This document shows positions 1 to 16,900 of a stretch of DNA of 64,000 bases, one piece after another. The stretch spans positions 186,001-250,000 of the forward strand of contig JADEYG010000002.1 of assembly GCA_016906335.1 (NCBI GenBank). The letters are read 5' to 3'. Below the pieces are notes generated by a model, which was not told the DNA's origin, ran no database searches, and was given only the letters and a program-made list of their open reading frames with translations. Position 1 is the first letter of the stretch. Each line of letters starts with the position of its first letter. The DNA is from Novakomyces olei (lineage: Eukaryota). Both the position numbers and the translations under genes were made by a program.

Positions 1-418
1 GTTTATCATACTCCCGTAGCTGCACTTCAGAAAACCCTGCGAGTTGCTCGCTGGCAAAAGTGCCGAGCAGCAGATCCGTTTCCAGAATCCCTCTCTTCCG
101 GCTCTGGTAGAGCATACGTGCCCGCAGCACATCCACAGGCTCATTAGGCCGTGGGATCGGCTCAATCGGAGTCAGATCTTCGTCTAAAGCAAGTCCCCTA
201 TGTCTCGCATCGTGCAGAGGAAACGGATCTTGCGGGACAGTTACAACGTCATCTTTCTCACGCGTAGAAAGCTCCGCGTAATCCTGATCGGCACTCGTCT
301 CGGAGCGTTTTTTCTTTCCTTCTGGTTCGAAGATGGGGAACCATCTCGCGCCTGTGTTCGACAGGGCACGAGTACTCGACACGCACACTGTCAGCGTACG
401 AGGCCGAGCTGATAACAT
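1..418 (-). CDS. SDH5: Succinate dehydrogenase assembly factor 2 (flavinylation factor), 3' end outside window
   Basis: Manual translation from ATG 418 (absent from ORF track because it runs off the edge): MLSARPRTLTVC...EPVDVLRARMLYQSRKRGILETDLLLGTFASEQL...REYDK. RxxYQSRKRGxLExDLLL is the Sdh5/SDHAF2 signature; basic N-terminus resembles a mitochondrial presequence. Confidence 0.93.
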   Translation of the reverse strand, partial: MLSARPRTLTVCVSSTRALSNTGARWFPIFEPEGKKKRSETSADQDYAELSTREKDDVVTVPQDPFPLHDARHRGLALDEDLTPIEPIPRPNEPVDVLRARMLYQSRKRGILETDLLLGTFASEQLAGFSEVQLREYDK

Positions 419-2118
419 ACGTATAGCATACATTTGCCTGACTATAGCGCGCTCGGATTATGTGTTCTGCCTCGACCGTTGCGGCTCTCACGATCGTCCA
501 GCCAACATTGTCAGATTAGGCTTATCGCCCCGCAAGTAACATATCAAGTAATCTTCCTCGTACCTAATAATTTATATTAAAATTATATTGAAATTATATT
601 TTAATTTTTATTATAAATTTAAATAGATGATATTGTTGAAAGAATTGGCATTGGGTGAAAAGTACGGTAGTTTTTGCACATCAAGTATAAACCCTAACCC
701 TAATCCGGATACCCCGGATGGATGTGTTTTATCCTGTACGGTAGTTTGTCCCATTCGTCCATCTGTTAGAGATGCGCCAAAAATTATACCACGGACAAGT
801 CGAACTCATGACTACCTTTTACAACTAATATTGTGCTAAAGGACAAAGTGCAATGTTATTTACAATTACTCCATGTGACCACAAAGAGGCATTCCTACGT
901 GTCTGACATCGCTTGCTGCACTTTCGGAAAGAGAATAATTTTGTTTCAAATAGAATAAAAATAGAGAAAAAATAAGTAAAATTAAGAGTATATTAAGAAT
1001 CAAAATTAAAAATAGAGAATGAAGAATAAGGAATAAAGTGTAAAGTGTTGCAGCGTTTACGGGTTCCTCCTGCATGGAACATTAAGCATCTTAGTGCCAG
1101 TTCAAGTTCTCTATCGAGACAAAAGATGCTTTATCGGAGTAATGGAGCTTGAAATTTTGAAAGAAAAAATATTCCAAAATGTGCAATATTATTGTTTCGC
1201 GAGTGAATTGGAAATGGAAATGAAACAGAAATAATTGCAAATTGAACAGAGGCAAGTGCGGTTGAGCAGCATGCATACATGTTAATTTACGACACACAGG
1301 TGATGTTTATCGCTTAGTATTTCGGAAGCTTGGAACGAGTATTGAAGCTTCACAAACTACGGCGTAAATAGAATGTGTTTAATAAAAACTTTTCTCAAGC
1401 CGTTTTATGGGCCCTTTGTCGTGTCAAAGTTCTTTATGAAAGCCGTTTGTCCCTGAAACTACAACAACCATAAGTTGCTCACCTGCCGCGCTCTTTTGAC
1501 GCAATTAGCTTGAAATTCTAGTATGCTACATTACGTTTGGAACATTGAATGTGTAAATCAAAACTTGCTCATGGGCGATTGCACTTATCAAAATTACAGT
1601 TTAGCTACCCTTAAATGCCGAACCAAAAAGGTTGGAGCCTATTCGCTATATCTTTCACCAATCCCACGTAAGACCATGCACGTTGTCTTTTTGTCCGCAG
1701 AATATTGAACGTTTGACGCTCTCTGAATTAAATAACATCCTACATCTAATTTGAAATCTGACTCTGTTGCCAAAGCAGACTCGGCGGTGAGACGCCTTCC
1801 AATATTTGAGCGTCGTACAAGCCTTTCCACGCATATAAACGCTAATAGTATATAGGGTTCCTTCTAGCCCTCACTTTTTCCGGGTTATAAAGATTTACAC
1901 ACATTAATTTAATCAAAATTAAAAATATTTGCGACCCTTCCTCCCAATATTTTCTGCCCTTTTATTCGCAGCTAATCTTGCAGATAAGAGCTGCCTAATC
2001 AAGAACAGGCTATACTCCGGACGAGAAATATTTCTCGCCCGAGAAAATTAATATAAGAGATAATGAGCCGCCATTGACCCCGCGAACGTCCACCGATAAG
2101 CTACCTCCAATCCAAACA

Positions 2119-3059
2119 ATGACTGCGATTAAAGGGTATTTACAAAAACGAGAGAACAACTTGCCGAGGTATCTTGCTGTTCTGGGTTCTGTCGTTCACT
2201 CGCTGCCTGATCGCACATTGGAAATTATACACAACGCGGCAATTATCACCGACCGGAGCACTGGCGAAATTGTGTCTGTTCACAAGGACGCTACATCCGA
2301 GATCCTGAACCAGTACACGGATATTGAGGTACGCTTGCGACTGAAAAGATACGGAAAAAAGAATTAATAATTACAATTATTAACAATTATTAATTTATTA
2401 CGATTTGCCATCAAGATGACTGAAAACTGACTCGACTTTAATATTAGACTGTGCAATTACATCCTACGCAATTTTTGTTTCCCGGTTTTATCGGTAAGAA
2501 AGTCTTTAAAAAATTAAAGTTATTTGGAACGACATTAGTCTAATTCATTTCTAGATACTCATATCGTATGCCGTTATGTCGGACTAGTGTATACATTAAC
2601 GCTCAATCTAGCACGCTCCACAATACGAAAATGCCGGAATCGGATTGGACGTTCCGCTGCTGCAGTGGCTGCTAAAATATACTTTCCCTACTGAGGCGTC
2701 GTTCAGCGATTTGATCAAAGCTCGGAACGTTTACACGCGCGTAGTCGAGGGAACTTTAAGGCAGGGAACTACCTTTGCCGCATACTATTCTTCGTTGCAC
2801 GCAGAAGCTACCAAAGTACTAGCTGACGTTTGCTTTGACAAGGGCCAGAGAGCGCTTATTGGAAAGGTAACAAGATCGGTTATTTGGCAGTAGAGAGACC
2901 GTTTATCATTTACATTTTTCTATTTTAATTATTAAATTATTTGTTTATTCAATTTATTTATTTAGTTAAAGTATACTTACAGAACTGCCTCTTTGTTTCC
3001 TGCTATTTCCGATTTTAGTAGGGAGTGCGAGAGACGTGATTCCGGCCTGACCGTTTACA

Positions 3060-3112
<53 letters not shown>

Positions 3113-3999
3113 GCATGTCTTACTAACCAAAGTGCAACATGAACATAAACTCACCGGATTATTATATAGAACCGTCGACAGAGGAGAGCATTAAAGCGAC
3201 CAAGTCCGTCATTGACTATGTAAGGGCAAAAGACCCCGATTTTAAGCTGATTGCTCCTATTGTAACCCCCCGGTTTGCCCCGAGTTGCACTGCAGACTTG
3301 CTTACAAAGTTGGGCCAGCTCGCTCAAGAGCGAAACCTGCGAATCCAAACTCACATTTCGGAAAACAGGGACGAGATCGAATGGGTTGCCAAATTATTCC
3401 CAGAGGCCAAAAATTATATGGACGTTTACGACAGGAGCAATTTAGTAACAGAGAAAACGATATTGGCCCATGCCTGCTGGCTGGATGACTCTGAATTGCA
3501 AGTTGCACAGCAAAAACGTGTTGGAATTGCTCATTGCCCTATCAGCAATTCTGCAATTGCGAGTGGTGAAGCACCGATACGACAACTGCTGGAATTAGGG
3601 ATTAAAGTAGGCCTCGGAACAGATGTCTCTGGAGGCTTTTCGCCGTCTATTCTAGACGCGGTTAGACATGCAATCCTTGTTTCCCGTCATCGTCGAATTC
3701 GTTTAAACAAGGCCGATCAGCAAATTCAGCTGGACGAGGCTCTTTTTCTCGCTACACTAGGCGGTGCTCAAGTTTGCAGTATGGGTTGCAAACTGGGTAA
3801 TTTCATGCCGGGAAAATTCTTTGATGCTTTGCTTGTTGATACCAGCGCCTCGACGAACGGCCGACTTAACGTTTTTGAGGGAGATTCGTTCAGGACAATT
3901 GTGGAAAAATGGGCGTTTCATGGCGATGACCGTAATTTGAATACGGTTTGGGTCAATGGAATTCCTGTTGCTGGGACAAAGTACGAGACCACGAGATAA
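2119..3999 (+). CDS. GUD1: Guanine deaminase (amidohydrolase superfamily), 5 exons
   Basis: Exons 2119-2328, 2448-2493, 2555-2565, 2612-2866, 3133-3999 (GT-AG introns; 462 aa). Motifs PGFIDTHIHAPQY, PLLQWLLKYTFPTEA, VTPRFAPSC, QTHISEN, LAHAC, HCPISN, GLGTDVSGG. Confidence 0.93.
3063..3110. repeat. (CT)n microsatellite in guanine deaminase intron 4
   Basis: Pure CT dinucleotide run just upstream of branch point TACTAAC at 3121. Confidence 0.95.
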
Positions 4000-4301
4000 T
4001 ATAAACAAATCAATAGAATAAATATATAAGAAAATGATACACGAACAAAAAGGAGAAAAACTTGAGTGGTATTCTGAGGAGAGTGGTTTCTGATGAGAAA
4101 AGAAAAAGAAAAGAATGATTGAGTAGATATACCGGTGACTTTGGAGTTGAGATGATTAAAGTGTTTAATTAGTTAATAAATCTTATATACAATGGTCAGC
4201 TTAAGCGTGGCCTACTAAACAGACAATAAAAATCAAGTCCCGTCGATATAGTATGCAAGTACAGAATACATTAAAACATATTAATAGGACTAACCCTAAC
4301 C

Positions 4302-7300
4302 CTAGGAAAGATTAACAGGAATAAATCGCTTGGGGAGTTGGACACGGCTAAACTCTGAGCTCAATTTTGCAATAAACTCATCGACGTCCAAATGCTTTGT
4401 GAGCGAACGACGGGGTGCAACGCTGATACAATGCTTTGCATCCAATTGCATATCAAGTGGATCCTGAGAATAGCAGCCCGGTGAGAGGGAGACGCGTACA
4501 GAATATTCCTTTTTATCTTCTGACAACGGGTCCGTGGCATCTGCCATTCGTGTACGCTCGTACAACTCAAAATTGATCTGTGTCAAGTAATCCAGTTCCG
4601 GGATCTCGTTCCTCTGAATCTTTGTGGGCACTCCGCTCTCCATTATACAGTTGAGCAGGGTGTAAATGTGGGATTCCTTTGTGAAATAAATAAACGTATG
4701 ACAGTGGTCCGAGGACTGGGCAGTTCTTAAATCCATAAGCAGCTGATTAAGCAGGGGCATACTCGTCAGCAGCCCAATATCCAGCTTTTCTTCGTCCTCA
4801 ATCCCGTATTCCTGAGGACTCACAAAGTCAAATAGCACTTTGGTCAGGCGGTAAAGCTCTCGCAGTTTTACCATTCTCATGGCCGACATTGCATGGAGGC
4901 AATTGTTGTTATTATTCTGGTTTTTATTGGCGTTGCTACCAGTAATATTTCCACTGCTGTTACTATTGTTACCATAATTACTGTTGTTGCCGTAATTGCC
5001 GTTATTACCATTGTTGCTGGTGTTTTTGTTGCTATTTTCATTGTGAGGCTCGTTCCAAACGGGAGAGCTCTCGTTTTCCAAACCCGCAGCCGATGCGGGA
5101 CGCGTTCCATTTACCATAACTGCCTCTGGATTCTGGGGCATAAAAATTGTGTCGAGAAAGGCCCGATTATGAAGGGCGTCGTACTTCATCGTATCGTACA
5201 ATTCGCTGATCTTTGAGGGATCAACTTTTTCCGTATCACAAAATTCTGCAAACAGCTTTTCCCACCTTTCGCGGAAAAGCTCGGGGTCTTCACTGCAGCA
5301 CCAGCGAGTTTGTATATGATTTATTTTGTCCCCGAGAACAGCGAAATTGTGTCTCATCACGGACCGATGGTACTTTAGCAAATCTATAACTTGCCGCATA
5401 ACGACAGACGGCTGAGCCATATCTTTGGGCCAAGTAAACTGACTGGGAGCAGCTGTTCCCTCCCGCAACAGTATTTTAAGCCGCTTTTTTACCTTGTCCA
5501 TCCGGTCTTTAGCAGCGTTGGAGTCGTCGAGTAAATCTTTACGAATCTCTATAAAATCATGAGGCACTTCCTCCTTATGCAAAAAGGCCATTGCGAAAAT
5601 CTCGGCACTCGCGCTCACCCGTCGCTCTGAACTGCTGTAAATCTTGACGTCATCAAGGCAGTGGCGATTCAAGATTTTTAAATCGTTCCGTACGTTCTCC
5701 CCAAGATCTTTGGACTGGTAACGCGCTGAATGCGTAAACTCTCCGCCCCATTTTATAATCAATTGCAGTTTCTCCAATTTGCCTTCCTTATTGTACGAAG
5801 GCTTAACCTGTACTTTTGTTCCAGGCAAATCTTTTTTCTTCATTAATGCATTGTGCAGCTGATTAAGCTTATCCGCGTCTTCGCACCTGAGTCTGATAGC
5901 CTTGTTTGTTGCATCGACTACAGTCTTTAACTGCTCAGTCCGCAGGATAACTTCTTCCGTGTGGCCCTGCAAAAGCGCAACAAAGGGCTCGCTTTTAAAG
6001 GAATACTTGAATTTTTGCTTCGGAGTCCTGTCCGCGTGGCGCAGCACCATTATCATGGCCTTGAGCTTCCATGCACTTTGTTCTGAAGGTGGCGGATGGA
6101 TCGTTCGGGCTAACTGCTCTTGAATCGATGGCGTTGATCCTGCCTTTCGCATACGCTCGATCCTGGCAGTTTCAAAAACCCTAATCAAATGAAAAGCAGC
6201 TTGATCATAGTACTCATTGTTGTCTTTAACAAAGGAAAACCCATTCACATCAATGACGTAAGATCTGCCTCCCGCACGTAGCATATCAAAGCCGCAGACA
6301 CACTGTTCAAAGGCGGTACAAATAGCCGATGCTATACGCCGTTCTTCGTCACTTAATTTGACGACAAAACGGATCTCCTTTCCATAAGTGTTGCGCCTGA
6401 CAATGCCATCAACGGTCGGAGATTTACGGGTCTCTGCGTGACTATAGTTCTCCGTTACAGTGTACACTTTAACATCCTCTGCGTTGTCAACATCCATGAA
6501 TTTTTCGTATATAAATGACCCGTCGGTACGGGGCTCATTCAAGTTGGGGTCAAACTCGGAAGATTTGTTTCCGACCTTGCGGAACAGCCGTCGGCCCCCA
6601 CCGCCTTTGCCCTTGGCATAATATATATGAATATTGTGATCTTCGCCATCCACTGGCTTTTCCAGGTACGGCTTCTTGATCGTTTTGCCATTTATTGACA
6701 GCGTATCATCATCAAGCATTTGTACATTTGCTACGAGTTCCGGTGTATTGATCTCGATACCCAGTCGCTTCTTGATCGAGGAGCTCACGTCTTTCGAGAT
6801 CCGCGGGCCACCGTCCCGTGAGCATTCAATCCTTTCGGGCGTTGGGATTTTAAGAGCGTCCAGCATACGTAGCACTATACGACGGTCCCACAATACCTTT
6901 TGCATTGCTACAGAGTTGATACAGAAGGGCCGACGCAGTTGGACGTACCCAATCGCTTTGTCCAGAGGGAATCCAGCAGAAAAAAAGGCAATTAATATAT
7001 CACACAACGGCCAGTTGTGAATTTCTGCAATACGGTTAGCGGATCCAACTCGAAAGACGCGGATTGCGAGCAAACAAATCAGAAAAGTGTATACAATAAT
7101 GGATCAGACACAGTATTTAAAAGAGCCAAAGCGCCAATTCAATCTGGAAGAGACAACATAAATAAAGTACCTTCATCAAGAATCATCTTGTCCCCGAAAA
7201 TAATAATCTCATACTCTGACTCGCGGCCAGCAATGACTCGGTTCAGGATGTTACGGCACGGCTTTGATCTTGCCTTTGTATCCATCGCACAAACTCCAAT

Positions 7301-7381
7301 TTTCAGTTTCTTTTTCGGCGTCGGCGATGCCGGAGGCGAAGATCGCCGAGATGTCGCCTCGGACGTTACCGAAGACGGCAT
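4302..7381 (-). CDS. VIP1: Bifunctional inositol pyrophosphate kinase/phosphatase (PPIP5K, Asp1/Vip1), 2 exons
   Basis: Exons 7381-7171 and 7024-4302 (977 aa). [50 protein letters not shown] kinase motifs; RHADR histidine-phosphatase motif; FTKESH. Confidence 0.95.
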
Positions 7382-7795
7382 TGTATGAAGGGCTGTCTGT
7401 AAACCTTTGACGTTTGATTTGAAGGTTTACAGAGGATTAGTGGCAGATAACAGAACTGTGCTTTATATTTTATTTTGTGATTTTAGATATAAATTATAGA
7501 TATAAATTACAAATTAGATATGATAATAGTATATAAAATATGGATATGAGTAATGCAGATACGGCAATACAGATATGATAATACAGATATAAATAATATA
7601 TGAATGAATTTATGTAATACTCAAAACTGTTTAATCATCGAACATAACGGTACGCGGGTTTTATTCTATATTTTAGTTTTATTATTCCATCTTCCAATAT
7701 AAAATATATTATAATAACTATATTCCTACTCCTAATAAAATACATGATTTCATTTAGAAATTACTCCAACTCCACATACAGCTCAATGACAAGAT

Positions 7796-13493
<5,698 letters not shown>

Positions 13494-13565
13494 TTGCATC
13501 CTCCGTACGTGTAAAAGTTTGAAGATTTAAAGGTTAAAGATTAAAAGGTTTATGGTAAAAGGTGA

Positions 13566-13757
13566 ATATATTTAAAGGTAAATATATTAAAAGATAATAT
13601 ATTAAAAGATAATATATTTAAAGGTAAATATATTAAAAGATAATATATTAAAAGATAATATATTTAAAGGTAAATATATTAAAAGATAATATATTAAAAG
13701 GTAATATATTTAAAGGTATTTTATATTTAAAGGTAAATATATTAAAAGATAATATAT
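13566..13757. repeat. AT-rich minisatellite between convergent NTE1 and FAS2
   Basis: About 46-bp unit built from subunits ATATATTTAAAGGTAA and ATATATTAAAAGATA, repeated about 4 times. Confidence 0.85.
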
Positions 13758-13981
13758 TATTAATCAACTAATGAAATAACACCGTCGAGTCACTGTCAAC
13801 CAATCCGTGCGAAAATGCAATATATACCACCATTCATTGGCAAACATGAATAACGAGGTCGTTGTAAATGCTAAATAAAATAAACGATAAAAAAACACTA
13901 ATAGTGTCCATCACTGCGAGACCCGTCGAGTGTTGTTTGGCTTCGTTAGAGGAAAACTGCCTACCAAAAACGACGACGAGT

Positions 13982-16900
13982 CTACTTGTCCGACACGGCG
14001 ACACTCACGCTCTGGTACTCGTCGTGGGAAATACTGACCTTGACCGTCTTGACGCCCACAGAATTGGCCGCTTTCAAGGCAGCTCCATGCAATTCCACAC
14101 GGGGAGCACCATTCTCCTCTCGCAGGATCTCAATATCGAGCAAACTTGCTCCACCACCTTGGCTCTTTACGCCCAGGCTCTTGAAAACAGCCTCCTTGGC
14201 CGACCAGGTCCCAGCATAGCTCGACCTTGGCGATGCAGCAGCATCGCAATACTTGCGCTCAGCGGCCGTAAAATTACGGGCCAAAAAGGTCTCGTTTTCC
14301 ATGCTGATTGACGAAATCAGTTCAACGTCCACTCCCACATTGGTTCCATTGCCAATTGTCGCTTTTGCCAAATGCTCTGCCAGTTCTCGCACTTGACTTG
14401 TAGAAGTATGCTCAGGTCTGCCCGATTCCGGTTTAAAAGAGATATGGTGCTTTTTATCCTCAACTGCACGGACAAGCGGGTCGAGGTACACCTTTTTCTC
14501 CAGCTTTTCGCTGTACGGCGGCTCTGTTTTGGCCTTGAAAAGGTCATTGTTTACGAGAGCATTGTGGGTATAACGGTAGGATTTACGGTACCGATCCTGT
14601 CTCCTGCCCTCGTACTGCTCAAACGTGTGCCTGTCGAGTGTGGCAAACAAATAGTCTGGGTGCACTACAACAACCTGTCCGCCCACCTGCCCAAAGCCAA
14701 AAGACATGACAGAGACTGCCTTTATTCCATCCGTCTGGATCGACCTTGAGGGGTACACGATATTGTCGTACCTGGCCAGGTGCCTATCGACATTGTCTGC
14801 GTTTCGATTGCCCGGGACAAGGCCAGATTCAAGCACTTGCAGGGCTCCATTCAGCATCCAAGCGGCAGCTCCGCCCTTTGGATGGCCGGTCAAGTACTTT
14901 TGAAAGATGCCCATAACAGCATTTCCCTTTGTTCGGCCCAAATGCTTGAGCTGTGAGGAAATAACGTCAGACTCGTTCTTGTCGTTGGCCACAGTGCTCG
15001 TTCCGTGGAAGGAGACAACGTCGAGATCGTCGATACCCAATCCCCAAACTGCCAGAGCTCCTCTCAATGGAGCAATTCTGGAATCGCCTACATAAAAGCT
15101 GTTGCCCCAGCTCTGCTGAGCTTCACGCTCCTGCCGAGCAATCTGCTGCTCAATATGAGCTGCTCTGTGCTGCCTGTACGCATCAGCATCCTCTACCTGA
15201 TTGCCTTCGGATTCTATGGCCGATATTTCGTCCTCAAGGTACATATACTCTGACTCTGCCCACTGCTTTATATGCTGCCGGCGCAGCTGCAGCTGCCGCC
15301 GGCGGTACTTTATATCTAACAGAGGAGAAGGATATTTGCCACTGACCTCTTTAGCGGCAGTTAGTACGCCTCTGCCTGGAGCAGGAACGGAACGGCCTTC
15401 CTTGTCCATAGCCGTGTTTGTCATTGCCACAATGCCATAGATGGGGACTCCCATCTCGATTGCCAGCTTTGCCTGCATCAAGATGTGCACTCCAGCGCCC
15501 TGACTCTCCATAAAACCGTTACGTGTTGTCGTTGTCGGCCTCGACATTTCGCCAGGCTCTCGGCCTCGAGCGAGCTCTGCTCTGCCATTCGACGTGGCTC
15601 CCATATTGGCAAACTCGTAGGAACCTTCTTCGGAAAAGTCGTCATAGCCTCCGGCAATTACGACTTTAGCTTTGCCCGAGAGGATAGTGTCACACGCCAT
15701 CTCTACAGACTCTACTGCCGTTGCACAAGCACCAACTGGCGTTTTTATGGGACCAGAGGCCGACATGAGGAGCATATTGACCCAGGCAGCGGCAGTGTTG
15801 ATAAAGGACTCTTGCAATATATCTTTTTGCACTGGCTTTTCTGTCCAGCGGTCCTTGTACATACCACGCAGGGCCGACATGCCTCCGACACCAGAGCCAA
15901 TCGTGTTTCCCAGCTCGGAGACGTGGATAAACTTGTAAAACTCGTACGGATCAGTGACTCCAGAGGCCACCATTGCCTCGACAGTGGAGACAAGGACGTA
16001 CAGCGTCGTTGGGTCTACTTGAGAGATGATATCGTCAGGGATGCCATAGTGCTTTGCACTCCAGCCCAACGGGATTTGACCAGCAACAAGCCGATCAAAT
16101 TTAAGAGCCTTGGGGATCATTAGCGTAGCGCCTCGCCGGAAACGAACTGTCCACTCGCCCGTCTCCTTTATCTCAAAGATTTCAACCTTGTCTCCGTGCA
16201 TGTTTTTAAACTCGTGTGCCGTTTCCGCACTCGCTTCAAACGGCTCCAAATCATGGTCAACCTGGACTTCCTGCACAAGAGATTTCTTGTTGGGATCGTA
16301 TCCATCAAACAGCTCTGGCTCAATCAGCCTGATACCGGAATGATCAAGGATCTGCTTCTCGTACTTTGATTTCACATCACGATCATCCACAGGCTCTGCC
16401 GTCTTTGCATCCACCCAGCCGGAATACTGTTTGCCATTGGCTTTTAGTGTTCCATTAAAATGCTTAATCAGGCCCATTATCCAGGCCATTTCGATGCAGC
16501 CTTCCAATGAGAACTCTCCATATGCCTCCATCTCCCACCGCGTACGAGAATTGCCCCAAGGGCCCACCTCAGAGAACCCAGTAACGACAACGACCCGCTC
16601 AAGATCAACCATGCCTTCCAATCGCTCATGCAGGGGCTTAAGTTCATCAAAGGACTTGACGCGTGGGAAGGCAAACTTCATATTGGCCCTTGGCTCAATA
16701 AACTTTTGTTTCGAAACACGTTCTGCCTCTGCTCCGTTCTCCGACGAATGATCCAACGCGTTTTCCACAACAACTGCACGTCTAATTTCCGAAGTCTCCA
16801 CCAGTTCCACACGCAGTTTATTGAATAGCGCTTTCAAGTCTGGCAGGTACTCCAGCCCGCCATTCAAGTTGGCATAAACGGGCTCGCTCTGGCAGATATC

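Noticed and set aside
760..1300. Small multi-exon gene on the minus strand (scattered donor- and acceptor-like signals)
   Set aside because: I could not assemble a consistent reading frame or recognisable protein.
13566..13757. CRISPR-like or transposon-derived repeats
   Set aside because: No unique spacers, terminal inverted repeats, LTRs or transposase/RT sequence anywhere in the window; eukaryotic context.
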